Shown: in pieces, positions 45,185-62,470 of the stretch | Position numbering within the stretch: position 1 is the first letter of the stretch | Layout of the letters: every line of letters starts with the position of its first letter | From: the human T2T-CHM13v2.0 reference genome, Homo sapiens | Direction: 5' to 3' (one strand) | DNA: 64,000 nucleotides | Assembly (NCBI RefSeq): GCF_009914755.1 | Contig: NC_060926.1 | Made by a program: the position numbers and the translations under genes | The notes under the pieces: model-generated | The model's database searches: none | Seen by the model: the letters and a program-made list of their open reading frames with translations, nothing else | What the model was told of the DNA's origin: nothing

Positions 45185-45628
45185 CTTTATTCTCTATTCC
45201 ACTGCTGTGTATGAGGTTTCCACAAACCTAGTGGCTTATTCCAGCACACATTTATTATCTCACAGTTCCTGGGCACAGCCTAGCTGGGTCCTCGGCTCAG
45301 GGACTCACAAGGCTGCAATCAAAGGATCAGCTGGGCTGCATTCTCATCTGGAGGCTGGACTGGGGCTGGTCTCAGAGCCTGGGCACACGCTGTTGAGTAG
45401 CCTCAAGGTCTCCCAAGTCTCACAGACTCATTCAGATTGTTGGCAGAATCTGTCGCCTTACGGTTGTAGGACTGAAGTCCCTATTTTCTTGCTGGCTGTC
45501 AGCAGGAACCCCTCTCAGCTTCTAGAGGTTGTCCATAGTTCCTTGTTATGTGGCATTCTCACAACATGGCAGCTTACTTCCACAAAGTCAGCACATACGA
45601 GTTACTCTCTCCCTTCAGCCCACTCAGA

Positions 45629-45678
<50 letters not shown>

Positions 45679-45855
45679 AAACCCCCTTTGCCATATAATG
45701 TAACTTAATCAAGGGAGTGACAGTCCATCACATTGGCCAGGCCATATTCTGTTGATGAGAAGCAAGTCCCAGTTTCCTCCCACACTCAAGAATAGACGGT
45801 GGGGGTTATACAGGGTGTGACTCATTGGGGGCCATTTTAGGGTGTGTCCACTACA
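45185..45855 (-). mobile_element. MLT1-family LTR containing (TG)n at ~45632-45675
   Basis: CATTTATTATCTCACAGTTC, CACAAGGCTGCAATCAAAG, GTAGGACTGAAGTCCC. Confidence 0.78.
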
Positions 45856-45994
45856 CCTATCACCTTAGAGTCCTGTTGGGTGACGAACAAACTTATGTAT
45901 TTTCCTTCCATGTTATCTACTTGCATTTTTACCATGACATTCAGGAAATAATTCCTTAACCCCTGGTAATTGTGACAATGCCAGGAATTCTGGC

Positions 45995-46366
45995 TCTCTC
46001 TCTATATATATATATATTATATATTATATATTATATATTATATATTATATATTATATATTTTTATATATATATATATTTTTTTGAGGCAGAGTCTCGCTC
46101 TGTCACCCAGGCTGGAGTGCAGTGGCGCAATCTTGCTCAGTGCAACCTCTGCCTCCCAGGTTCAAGCAATTCTCCTGTCTCAGACTCCCAAGTAGCTGGG
46201 ATTACAATTGCGTGCCACCACGCCCGGCTACTTTTTGTGTTTTTTTAGTAGACACGGGGTTTCGCCACGTTGGCCAGGCTGGTCTTGAACTCCTGACCTC
46301 AGGTGATCTGCCTGCCTCGGCCTTCCAAAGTGCTGGGATTACAGGCGTGAGCCACAGTGCCTGGCC
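45995..46366 (-). mobile_element. Alu whose tail has become an AT-rich microsatellite
   Basis: (CT)n(AT)n(ATATT)n then antisense Alu; TSD GAATTCTGGC. Confidence 0.93.
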
Positions 46367-46734
46367 GAATTCTGGCAGTATTTGTTGCTGGTTTCCTGTG
46401 GGGAAATGGAAGGGGTGGCCTCACCACTAGGAGTCTTCACGCTTTCCAGATTCACTGCTCAGATGGCCACTCACTTGTTCACATCTGTTCACCCATCTGT
46501 CAGCATATATTTCCTTTGCTGAGTGGCTAGCGCTGGGCCACAGAGGTAATGCTGCTAGTCTCTTCCTTGGTAACTGACTTTGCTTCTTTTATGTTACCTC
46601 CTTGAAAAGCTAGCTTCCTTTTTTTTTCTTTTGTTGACTAAAAAACATATTTTTTGCTTTGAATCAGGTATGTATTTACCTGCAAATAACACAAAACCCA
46701 AGAAACAGTGGGTTAAATAAGAGATTTATTTTAA

Positions 46735-47229
<495 letters not shown>

Positions 47230-48684
47230 TGAGACTTGCCTTTTTATTCTGGAAGGATCACCCACCCCGAGGACTTCCATCTACACCTCATTGGCCAGAA
47301 CTTGATCACGTGATCATCAGTAACCCCAAGAGCACTGGGGAAGCAAATTCGTTTAGCTGGGCACATTATCAGCCTGAACAAAATCAAGGTTCTGGTGGCA
47401 GGAAGACAAGGAAACGGATTTGGGTTAGGTCACCACTGGGACCACTGTGGAGAATTAGGCCAAATCTCCATGGTTCCTCAAAGCTGAAGGTTCTGCAATG
47501 ACAGCAGTGGATTCTTTCTGGGTCCTTGTCAGCAGGCGAAGCTGACACAGAAACGTTCTTGGTTTCTTTGCCAGAAAGGTGTTATCTGAGCTTCCAGCAG
47601 CTGCTGTAAAATGGAAATAATGGCTCTTCTGCCCCAAGGGCCCTGCTGTCCAGAGCTCTCTGGAAGGTGGCAAGAGGCCTCCATGGCAAGCTTGAAGGGA
47701 TGAGATGCTAATGTGCAAACTATGCTTCAGGGTAGAGATGAGACAAACAAACAAAAATGCACAGAGAGAACAGAGCTTAGGCCCTGGACCTGTCTGGCTT
47801 CACATCCATGCCACTCGCCCCTCCCCTCCTCCACTCCGTGTTGCATGGAGCTGCCCCTGATGACTCCATTTTGGTTGGAGATGGGGCTTGGCCAACGGGG
47901 AGCACTAGCAGGAGATGGGGAGGTGGGAGGATGGGACAAGCCAAGGTTTTCCCTCTCTTTCTACCTCGGGTAGTGTCCCTGCTGCAGCTGCGGTTCTGCC
48001 ATGGCTCCGGCGCCTCTCCCAAAAGGCCTGCTGTGGTTTCTGTTTTGCCCCTGTGCTACAGCCCCTGCTCTCCAGCGACAGCACTTTCCTGGCCTTGCCC
48101 CCCAGCCCAGGGTTGTCACATCTGACACTAATCTCAGGGTTGTGTGTTTGGCTGCTCAGTCTCCCACCCACTGTGTAACCAATAACCAATACTCTGCCTC
48201 AAAGTCCTTCTGTTTTCAAGACTCCAGTGGTCTTTGTCTCCGGGTTAGATCCTGACTCATACAAACCATACAAGAAATACCCAAACACCCATCTCTTAGC
48301 TTTAACAATGATTACCATTCTGCCACATTTGTTTCATCTATTTTTATTTTTGTGGAAAAAAAAATCTCAGGCATCATAATGTTGCTAAATGATTTCAGCA
48401 TGTATCTCTGAAAAATAAGGACATTTTCTTACATAACAGGCATATTTAGTTGTTCACACCCGTGTTCACAAATTAACACACCTAACAACATGAGCAAAAC
48501 TTCCTTATGGCCATCAAATATGCAATCCATATTCAAATTCCCCCGATTGTTCCAAAGATGTCTATTTTACAGTTGCTTTGTTCAAATCAAGATTTAAACA
48601 AGGTTCACACATTGCATTTGGTAGATATGTCTCCTGAGCGTCTTTTAATCTTAAGCAGTCCTCCCCACTAGACAATCACACGCA

Positions 48685-48686
<2 letters not shown>

Positions 48687-48723
<37 letters not shown>

Positions 48724-48732
48724 ACACACACA
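48687..48732. repeat. (CA)n microsatellite
   Basis: Near-pure CA run. Confidence 0.95.
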
Positions 48733-49425
48733 GTTGCACTGGCACACCCTGCTCATGCCCACTTCTCACATCACTCTTTGTAAAAACTATCCTGTCAGTT
48801 TTGGTCCACAGCCCTTCTCTCACAGGGCACACACCCTCTCCTCCCTTCTCTGGACCCCTAGAGACTCCAAGTCACTGAGCCACAGCTTGGTACTGACTCT
48901 TTTATTGTTTTCTACATTTCTTTGTTTTGTTTTCCTCATACTAGGTAATGCCCCACAGAGGCAAGAACTAAGTCTCATAATGACCTTAACATCAAAGAAA
49001 ACTTAAAGGTTACCTATTCTGAGACTTGATTTTTCTTTTTTATTGTTTTACAATTTGCATAAATAATATGTCATCACTCATCTTATGGATAAAAAAACTG
49101 AGGCCCAGGGAAGCTAAGTAATTTGTCTAAGAATGCACAGCAAGTTGGCATCAGAACAGGCATCCACTTTGGGTGGATTTTCCACTGTACCATGCGCGTC
49201 TCTTTCCATTTTTCTGTGGCACCCACCACTGTGTTATGACATGCAGACAAGGGTCCTCACTAAGTGCCTGTGGCCTGACAGATTGTGGCTCTGAGGTCAG
49301 TGCAGTCGTGGCCATTTAGAGATGGTTACTGAAAGTTAATAATTGGTGGTTCCTGCCTAAAAATCCCACCACATACTACAATCCCTTTGAATTTTCAAGA
49401 AATATTTGATCCATTAGGGATATCA

Positions 49426-49967
<542 letters not shown>

Positions 49968-49974
49968 TCAAAAT

Positions 49975-50215
49975 GTACGCACTTGTAAACCCATAGAGAT
50001 GGAGAGCAGATTGGTGGTCGCCGGGGACTGGGGAAAGGGGAAATGGGGAGTAACTGGTTAATGGGTGCAGAGTTTTCTTTGGGGGTGATTAAAATGTTTT
50101 GGAACTAGATAGAAGTGGTGGTTGCACAACATTGTGGAGATACTAAATGCCACTGAATTTTGAGTTTAAGGTGATTAATTTTATTTGATGTGGATTTCAC
50201 CCCAATAAAAATAAA
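49975..50215 (+). mobile_element. L1MB-like 3' end
   Basis: AATGTTTTGGAACTAGATAGAAGTGGTGGTTGCACAACATTGTG...CAATAAAA. Confidence 0.8.
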
Positions 50216-50420
50216 CTGGTTAGAATGTCCCAACTCAGCTCTGCTAGACCCAACCACACCCCAGCCTTGCCATCCCCTCAGACTGTGTAAGCAGAAGATG
50301 AGATTCCAGGGGGAAATTCCCCGGAGTTTATAGGAGCAGTGTATTGGGCAGTATTTTGGCTTTCCCCTCCTCAGTCAAGGGAGGCACTGCAAGAGAATTC
50401 CAGATCATGGATGCCCGTAA

Positions 50421-50954
<534 letters not shown>

Positions 50955-52368
50955 CAACACCTGCCATCTTGAGAACAGCAGTAGAGAACCCACAAAACCT
51001 GCAAAGAAGAGGCTACGATCAAATGCCCAGTGAAGCGAAAAGATTATCTTCCCCATTGCACTCCCTCCTCTTCCCCAAGTCCCCAAGCACAGGAAGAGAG
51101 AGGCACCAAAAGAGGGAGGAGAGGGATGAAGACCGACCACCCCACCCTCACGATAGGTGCCTGGCTCGAGGCAGGCTGGTCTGAGGGAAGCGCAGGCAGT
51201 GGATATGATATCGGATTCAAGATTTGAGGCTTTGAAAAGAAAGTGGACTGGACCATAGGGGTTTTTTAATACCTAAAAACAACCAAAAAGCTATGGAATT
51301 ATGAAAAGGAGATTTGGTATAAATCTCTAAAAAGATCTGGAGAAAAAATAGAATCATTTCATGTTTGTGCCCCACGGAGTTCAAACAGTTAAGTAAGTTG
51401 TTTAATCTCTATTTTCTCATCTGTAAAATAAGGATAATAATGCCTTCTTGCTGGGTATTGGGAATTTCAGTGCGGTAATATTCACAAAGCCCCTGGCACG
51501 TAGGCAGTCAATAAAACGAGGAAGAGAACTGCAGCCTTCAGAAAGCAGAAAACGCTTCAGGGCAGAAACACGCAAGTCCTGGGGGCTGACACTCCCAAAC
51601 AAAGGCTCAGTTTTTCACATCGCCTGGGGCTTGAAATACTGATAGGCTTCTCCCTTCTGAGGCTGTCTTCCTTCCCTAACTAAAAGCCACCTTTGTCATT
51701 GCCCAAGAAGACCAAGTATGACCCAAGCCGCACTGAACACAGCAAGACCTGGGACACCCAAGGAAGCTCGACAAGGCGCTGGGGAAAAGCAAACTGAGGA
51801 CTCTTCGTAGTTACCTGATGACTCCATGGAACAAAGGAGTCCAGGCCTTTCCAGAAGTCACCAGAACAGGCTCCCTGAGATGACAGTCCTGGGGTGGGAA
51901 AGGAGCAAGTTACGCCAGATGACCTGGAACACAAATACCCTGTTAGCCTGGCACCCACTGGCAGCTGTCACTGGACACCTGATGGGAGAGTTTATCCCAA
52001 AAGTTATGGGCTGGCAGCTCCGGCAGCAGAATTTCCACGTGCATGGTCCTGAGGACAGAGACAGGTCCAGAGCCTGGGGGTTGAGAACAAGAAAAAGGTG
52101 GAGCAGCCACGCTCCAGGGCAGCAAAGAGACCTGGATTTGTCTGAGGCGTTGGCGTTAAGGCACCCCTTGATGCGGCTTCCTAGATATGTGGTATGGCCT
52201 GGGGCTGGTCTTTGGGCCCGTTTCTTTATCTATAAAAATGGAGATAGCACCTCACTTTGATAGGTGGATTGTTGCTGTCAATTCTGTACTCTCTCCTGCC
52301 GCGTGGCTCTGCGGTGCCCAACAGCAGCAGAGTATATTTCACCCCCATGGACACTGAGGCTTGGTGAT

Positions 52369-52760
52369 TGTGATGGGTTGCCTTGTGTCCCCTCTAATTC
52401 CTATGTTGAAGCCTGAACCCCCAGTATCTCAAAATGGGGCCGTATTTGGAGGTAAGGCCTTTAAGGATGATTAAGTTAAAATGAGGTCATTTGAGTGGAC
52501 GCTAATCCAGTGTGACTGGTGTCCTTATAAGAGGAAATTTGGATACACAGAGACACCAGGGATGCATGGGCTCAGAGAAAAGGCCACATGAAGGCACGGC
52601 AAGAAGGGGGCATCCACAAGCCAAGAAGAGGGGCCTCAGGAGAAACCAGCCCTGCCAACACCTTGACCTTCGACTTCCAACCTCCACAGCTGTGAGAAAG
52701 AAATGTCTATCGCTTAAGCCACCCAGTCCATGGTACTTCGTTAGGGCAGCCTGACACTGA
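52369..52760 (+). mobile_element. MLT1A/B-like solo LTR
   Basis: TAAGTTAAAATGAGGTCAT, CTAATCCAGTGTGACTGGTGTCCTTATAAGAGG. Confidence 0.85.
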
Positions 52761-53110
52761 AAGTTGGTCTGCTTTTTATTACCAGCATGCATGCACCAGC
52801 AATTCTAAACAATGCCAGTGACAAAATGTTCCTTCCTGCAGCCTGGACTGCTCCCACCACTCCCATCCTTAGAACCTCACTGACTGGCATGACTCTTGTT
52901 AAGACTGTAATAAAAAGATTATTATTGGTATCAGCAAGAAAGCAAGAGTTAGCTTGTTGAGCAGGGGGTAAATCTCATAAGGATATGTACATTAAGTCAG
53001 CATTTACATAGTCTAAGAACACACAAAACAATGCTATATATTATTTAGGTACATACACACATAAAGCATGAAGATTTGCCTAGAAATATTCGACACCAAA
53101 CTTATGATAA

Positions 53111-53896
<786 letters not shown>

Positions 53897-55126
53897 ATAA
53901 CTGTGCATCAGTCAAGGAGCCTGCTCTACCCTCCACACCAGGGCAGACCCACCACCAGGCTCCATCTCCATTTTCTATGGACTGTCTTCCCTCCTGGCCT
54001 GGAGCCATGACCCGGCCTGCCGCTTCAGGGAACAACAGGTAGTTCAGGATGACTGAGCCCAGAAGTGGCACGAGACCAGGGATGTGGCTGAACAGATGAG
54101 TGGTGGCCAAGGCACAGAGGGCCTTGTGTGCCATGTTGGAGAACTTGGGCTGTGTATGAAGAGAGGAGTCACTGGGACAGATCAGTGGCTTGGTGACAGG
54201 GAGACAGGGTGGCATTGGAGGCATACAAGAGACAGTGAGGTGGGCTCTGCAACAAAGGGAGGGATGTGCAAAAGGAGTTGGTCAAGAGAAATGGGGACAG
54301 ATCTAGCCCCATGGCCGATCTGCTGTAGGATGGCAGCCAGTTCCAGCTGGAGGTGGAGTTTTCCTGGGTAAAAATGGAAGCAGCCGGCAATTGCTATTTA
54401 TAAAAATAACTACAAAGACTTGACAACCCAGAGAGAATGCTGAAAAAGTAAATTGAGGGCTGTTGGGAAAATGCTCAGTGTTTCTCATCTTCAAAGCATT
54501 TCCGAGACATGAGCTCATGAATCCTTTCTCCGTGGCCCTGAGAAAAATATAGAAAAAGAAGGTGGGACAAAGCATGGGTGCCTTCCCCAAAGCAGCAGAA
54601 TCTGGCTGCTGGAGATGTTATCATGGGATGCCCCTCAAATGACCACTCCTTCGATCTGCCCCAACTCTGTTCCTCAGACCCAGCCTGGTTAAGGGCTTGG
54701 CTATGAAGCAGCAAAGGGTGAGGCAGGCAAAGTTGGCAGGCTATGACAGCAGCTGTGCTGGGGGTCACTGCAAGCCCCAGGGGGCTGCTTAGATCCTAGT
54801 GATGAAGGCAAGAAAATGGCCAGGGGGCAGCCTGGGCTACTGATCAGGGGTCACACTGACCCCACAGCCCTGGCTGAGGCACATGGGACTTAATCGTGAA
54901 ATTGGTACAGGCAACAGCTGCAATGCAAGCTTGGGCAAGGAAGAGGGTTTGAACCCAGACAAGGCAATAGGGAGGGAATGAAGGGCAGAGAGCAGACAGG
55001 AAGTGTATGCCACCTTGTCACCTGGAATAAGAACTACCTGCTACAAGTGCTAGGAACCAGGCACTTGAGCTCCCATTGTCATGACCCCCAAAAGCCCAAA
55101 GCATGGAGGCTCTTATCACTCTTTCA

Positions 55127-55470
<344 letters not shown>

Positions 55471-57206
55471 GGAAGATTTCTTTTAGGGAGAGTATCTCGC
55501 ACAGCAGCAGTAACGGGATTTGCATTCATCTCCTCACCCCCAGCATGCCCCCACTCATTCTTCAAGTTTCGACTCAAGATCCCCGCCTCTGGAAGCCTTC
55601 CCAGGCTGCCCTCAGAGGGAAAGAGCAGTTTGCTTTTCTGTGCCCAGCAGTCCAGAGCTGGCCCTGTGAGAGCACCATGGTGCTGAGCTGTAAGGGCTCA
55701 TTGCTTCTCTCCCACTGGACGGTGCCCTGAGAAGGACCAGCGGAACTTCGGCTTCCCTTGCTGTTGCCCCAGTCCTGGCAGCAATCAGCTTCCTCTGCTT
55801 TCTTGTCGTTTCAGCTCCCCAGGACCTGGTGCACCCCATGTCTCCTGCAGGGTGACCGCTGGCTGGCAAAGCCTGTCCCTGTGTTGTTAAGTCGGATTCC
55901 CCAGAGGGAGAAGCAGACGGGCCAGCAGCTTGGGTCAGGTAGGCAACCCCGCGTCAGAGGGGAGGGTGGCCCAACCCACAAGTGCAGTGACCCATGGGCC
56001 CAGAACAAAGACACACTTTACCCACACCCAGGCATGTGACAGAGTGGACTGGGCATCTAAGTCCACTGGGGAAACAGCAGGAAACAGAACAGATGGTTCG
56101 GCTTGCATTCCGGTGGGGAGTTGGACAACACACGAGCAGATCCATAAAGTGATATCCGAGAGTGATCTGTGCCGCCAAGAAAGGAAGACAGGTCCTGCGA
56201 CAGGGCTGACTGTGGAGCCTCCTTAGCCAGGCTGGACAGGGATGCCTCTCCCAGGAGCCCGCACTGGAGACTAGTGTGTCCCACCAGACTTCCACGTGGC
56301 CTGCGAGTGCTCAGCAATAGTGACAACAGGGTCTCTACTCCATGAAAAACCATCCCCAGACCCGAAAGCACTGCTTTCATTTCATGGTTCTGCACATTTT
56401 CTCCAGCCTCTGCAGTGAAAGATTATTTCATTGCCTTCAACAGAAGGCGTATTTGTGTGTGTACATATGCTTGAGAGAAATTTACTGAAAAGATGTGGGT
56501 ACGAGACCAGCTGGCTGCACTTGCCACGCCAGGATCCTCTCTCAGCAATATGCCCAAGAGCTCGTGTTTGCAATGCTCGAGTCCCAGCCAGGGGAGAAAT
56601 GGGTGTAAGGGACCCACAGGGGAACAATTTGTGTTGACTTGGAGCTCCACATGCTCCTTCAAAGGAAGGGAGAACCTTGGAAGGAGGAAAGGACTGAAGA
56701 CTTTCCAGGGAAATTCAAGAGTCTCAGGCAATTAGTCAGATCCAGAATATAGATCCAATATTCAGAAGCAGAAGAGGGAAATGCAATTATTTGGGGGTCT
56801 CTCTCTTCTAGTCTCCTTCTGAAAAGCCCTTTTCTAAGACCTCAATTCCTATGTCTACTCAATGGGTATGATTCCTATCACTTTCTCGTAAGTACATTTT
56901 CCTTCAAAGTTTAAAAATTTTGTAGATCTTCAAGTGCGTAAGGCATAGTAGTGCTAAACAGAGGTGGAAGTAGTGAAGGGAGTTTTGAACGTAAAAACAT
57001 AAATCGAGAGATGATGAACATGTTTACTTCTTCCTTCACCTCTCTCCCCCCACCCCTTTTTCTCTTCTTTTTTCCATCAGTTTCTCTTTATGGTTAATAC
57101 AAAAGGGACAGGCTTTTGCCAAGATCCGATTCTTCATGGGACACCATGGGCCTCAGGGGTGGGGCAGAGGCAAAAGACATCTCCCCTTGCTGGCCATTCT
57201 AGCATT

Positions 57207-57501
57207 CAGGACCAGCTACATAATTTGGGGAGCCCAGTACAAAATGAAAATGCAGGGCCCCTTGTGTAAACTAATTAAGTGGGAGGATCGCTTGAACTCG
57301 GGAGGCAGAGGTTACAGTGAGCCAAGATTGCACCACTGCCCTCCAGCCTGGGCAACAGAGTATGACTCCATCTGGAAAAAAAAAAAAGAAAAAGAAAAAA
57401 AAGAAAAGGAAAGGAAAGAAAGTCTGAGACAGTGGCAGGGCTCTTGTGAGTGTGGGGCCCCATATGCCTGCACTGGGTGCACCCCCAGGAAGCTGGCCCT
57501 G
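57207..57501. mobile_element. MER45A-like hAT element split by a truncated Alu (57279-57420, +)
   Basis: TIR-like CAGGACCAGCT / AGCTGGCCCTG; internal AAAATGAAAATGCAGGGCCCCTTG. Confidence 0.8.
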
Positions 57502-57520
57502 CCCATAGTTATGAGTGTAG

Positions 57521-57963
<443 letters not shown>

Positions 57964-58956
57964 AACTTGAGTCTTTAAAAGGAGGATGTGCCTGATACGT
58001 ATTAGCTGATACCTCTTCCCGGCTCCTGCTTCCCGGTCCCTTCTCCGAGCTGGTTCGTTCTGCTCTCCCTAGGGGGTCTTCAGCACCAAGGGAGTGGGGG
58101 CACAAATAGGGGTCTGAGTAAGCTGAAATTGCAGGCAGGAATCAGAAGCAGAATTTTTATCTTAAATCAGAGCAAAAGGAATAAAGCGGACAGTTCCTAA
58201 AATGCCTGTGTTTCTAGAGTTTAGAATCTCAGTTTATGTTCCTTCTGGCAAACCATATACAAAGGATTCTTGCAGAACCACTGTTCCTTACCAAGCTGTG
58301 TCAGGCTGAAATCACCATTACGCTCATGTATATTTTAAGTCATTTCCCCCACTAAGGAGCACCACACACCCCACCTCCGTGAACATCCCATCCTCACTGC
58401 CCAGGGCTGACCTCTTTAAATGGGGACTGGGGGTTTGTTTTCAATCTAATGTCTCCAGCTGAGGTGGGCGAGTGCTTGGTTTCAGGCAATGGAGCAGGTG
58501 AAGGGAGGCCTTTGGCATTCACTCTTTCTCAATAGAGGTAAGATTTTCTTACTATTTTCCCAACGCCTCTGGATAATTATTTGCTACTTTCAAAGGAATG
58601 AGGCTCATATTTCAGAGGAAATCGCCATCTCACTCTTACTTCATGTGGCTGTCCTTACCACGTGACTAGGTCCGCATCCAGTGTGTTTTGAGCCCCCAGG
58701 TGCTGCCTGAGCCCCTGTTTTATGAAAAACAAATTGTTGAAAGGAGAGAAAGTGAAGAACAGTTGAAGAGAGGAAGAGCGGCAGAAACAGCTGCCACTGA
58801 GTAGGGATTGGTGAGTAGCTACTTCATAAACCCTGTAACAGGCTTTCGAGTCAGCACTGTTCCTGCTCTACCCAAACCCAGTCTCCCCACCTTCATTGCT
58901 GGGAAAGCCCCGATGTTTCCTATGAAAGCAGTTTTTTAAAATTGAAGTATAGTATT

Positions 58957-59107
58957 GTGTTTCTCGAACTTTAACGTGTGAGTGTATTGCCTGGCAATGT
59001 TGTTAAAGTGCAGCTTCTGATTCAGTAGGTGCTGGGACCTCGGTTCTGCATTTCTAACAAGCTCCTGGGTGATGTTAATGCTGCTGGGCCGTGGACCACA
59101 CTTTGAG
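58957..59107. mobile_element. MER5A-like hAT-Charlie element
   Basis: TTCTGATTCAGTAGGT...CTGCATTTCTAACAAGCTCC...GGACCACACTTTGAG. Confidence 0.85.
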
Positions 59108-59320
59108 CCTCAAATATACCTACAGAAAAGTTCACGAATCATGCCCACAGCTTAATGGTCAACACACCCAAGTACCCATGACTCAGATTAAGAAACAGAG
59201 AACATTCCTTGTATCCCAGAAGCTGCCCTCCTGCCCCTTTCCAATCACTACCCTCATCCACCTCCCCTAAGGTGACAACACTCCTGAGCTCTATGCCATA
59301 GACTAGTATGGCTTGTTTTT

Positions 59321-59353
59321 GCACTTAATCTTAGCCAAAAGGCTGAGAAGTGA
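59321..59353 (-). pseudogene. 3'-truncated U2 snRNA retrocopy (first ~34 nt)
   Basis: Reverse strand TCACTTCTCAGCCTTTTGGCTAAGATTAAGTGC versus U2 5' end TCGCTTCTCGGCCTTTTGGCTAAGATCAAGTGT (29/33); degenerate 15-bp TSD. Confidence 0.88.
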
Positions 59354-59761
59354 GATGTGTGGCTTCTTTCTAAACTTTACATAGTATGTGTTCTTTGGGG
59401 TAAAGTCTTGAACTTGATCAGCTGTCCAACCTCCCCAAGGCCAGGGGCTCAAGGAAAGCCACATCCTCCCCAGGCTCAGAGTGTGATTGCTGTAAGCCAA
59501 GCGTGGGTGCTGCCCCGGCCTCGTCAGTGACTGGTTTAGACATGGCATGAGGTGCAATTCTGGCTAGTGAGGAAAGTCTGCTGGGAGCTTTTGGGAAAGT
59601 TTTCCTTGTTGATGAAAAGATGCACAGAACAAAACACTCTTTGGTTTTTGTTTGAGGTTGTTGTTCCCAGAATAGTGGCAGTCAGCTTACAATCATGAAG
59701 GGAAACAGCTGAGGTCTCCAGTCAACATCTGAGGATGGGAAGGTGAAATGGAGTGGGAATG

Positions 59762-60735
<974 letters not shown>

Positions 60736-61024
60736 AGTGAAAAAGTGAAAACTCTGGAACTATTTTACCTCCAGATTTTCATTTTGTGAAATAATAGTTC
60801 TTATTGTTTAAGTTATTTTTTGTTGGGTTTTCTGTTTCTTGCAGTTCAAAGTATAATAGTCAATGTAAGATCAATTATCTACAAGTGCAGAAACCCAATT
60901 CAAACTGGCTTAAATAATGAGGAAAGTACTAGCTCATATTTCAGAGAATGCAGAGTAGTATGGGCTCTGGCTTTGTCTCCCTTCTGTTCTATCAGTATTT
61001 TCTCCATAACCTTCAGGTTTGTCT

Positions 61025-61775
61025 GAAGGTCAGGGTTGTATAATAAAGAATTTGTCTGGTCCTGTCTCAGGTTCCTGGCCCAGAGCTTCTTAAAATCTTT
61101 AGAATTTCCCAGGGGATAGGAGTGTTTTTGTTATTCATGAGCTCCATGGATTACACCTGAGTTTATGCTGAGATGGCTCAGGATTAAGACTGGTCACCAG
61201 AAAGACCAACCACGTAATTAGAGGGTTGGGGTTTTGAACCAGCCCTGCCTCCAAGGAGGGAAGGACAGCTGGAGATTGAGTTCCACCACATGGTCAATGT
61301 TCAGTCATGCCAATGGAATGGCACTCTGATAAAAACTCTGGATGTTGAAGCTCAGTGGATCTCCTGGTTAATGAACACACTGATGCACTGGGAGAGTGAT
61401 ATGGCCCAATTCCATGGGGAGAGAGCCCAGAAGCTCTGCATTCTAGAAGCTCTTAGGTCTTGTCCTATGCTCTTGATTGATATTCTTTATTATAAAACTA
61501 TAATCATAATGTAGGCTTTCCTGAGTTCTGTGAGTCATTCTAGTAAATTATTGAACCTGAGAGGGATTGTGGGAACACCCAGATTTGTAGCCAGCTGGTC
61601 AGAAATGCTGGTGGTCTGAGACCCCACCTTGTGGTTGGCATTTGAAGTGAAACAGTCTTGTAGGGGACCGTGCCCTTTAACGTGTGGAGTCTCCACTAAC
61701 GCCGGGTATTTGTATTTGCATCTGGGGAATCATATTACAGTACACCAGTTGGTGTCAGAACAGTTGGTATCAGAA
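61025..61775 (+). mobile_element. MER21-like LTR
   Basis: AGAAAGACCAACCACGTAATTAGAGGGTTGG, TTCCTGAGTTCTGTGAGTCATTCTAG, CACCAGTTGGTGTCAGAA. Confidence 0.78.
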
Positions 61776-62141
61776 GAGTCAGCCTCGTCCAGAGTCACAG
61801 AAGGGCTGCCAGCAGCAACATACCTACTAGTCTATTTCCAGCAAGAGAGATAGAAGAGCCTTTCCCCAAAATATGGAATTGATGACCATTCCTTCAGTCT
61901 TATTGTGCCCGCTTATGTCATCCTAGACCTAAGACAATCACCAGGAGAATGTCACATAATGATTGGTTTAAGCCCAGATTCTTAAACCAAGCACAGGGGA
62001 TTATTGTGATTGGCTAATCAATCTTCCCATCCTGCCCACAAGAACCTAGAAATGGGGTCATTGACCCTTGGCCCATGTTAGCTATTTTGAGGAGTGGTAA
62101 ATAATTAAACAAAGCTGACGTTCTGTTAGAAAGGGAACTGG

Positions 62142-62470
62142 GGGCCAGCTGTGGTGGCTCAAGCCTGTAATCCCAACACTTTGGGAGGCCACGTTGGGAG
62201 GATTGTTTCAGGCCAGGAATTGAGACCAGCCTGGGCGACATAGCAAGACCCCATTTCTACAAAAAGTTAGAAAAAATAAGCCAGTATAGTGGCACACACC
62301 AGTAGTCCCAGTTACCTAGGAGGGGATACGTGGACATATCACTTGAAAACAGGAGGTAAAGGCTGTAGTGAGCTATGATCGTACCACAGCACTCCAGCCT
62401 GGGCAACAGAGCAAGATCCTGTTTCTAAAAAAAAAAAAGGAAAAGGAAAAGAAGAAAAGAAAGGGAAGGG
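62142..62470 (+). mobile_element. AluJ-like element
   Basis: Alu body with A/GA tail. Confidence 0.88.

Noticed and set aside
54816-54832. CTCF-like core CCAGGGGGCAG
   Set aside because: 5' positions mismatch the consensus; a single motif hit in 64 kb is uninformative without ChIP data
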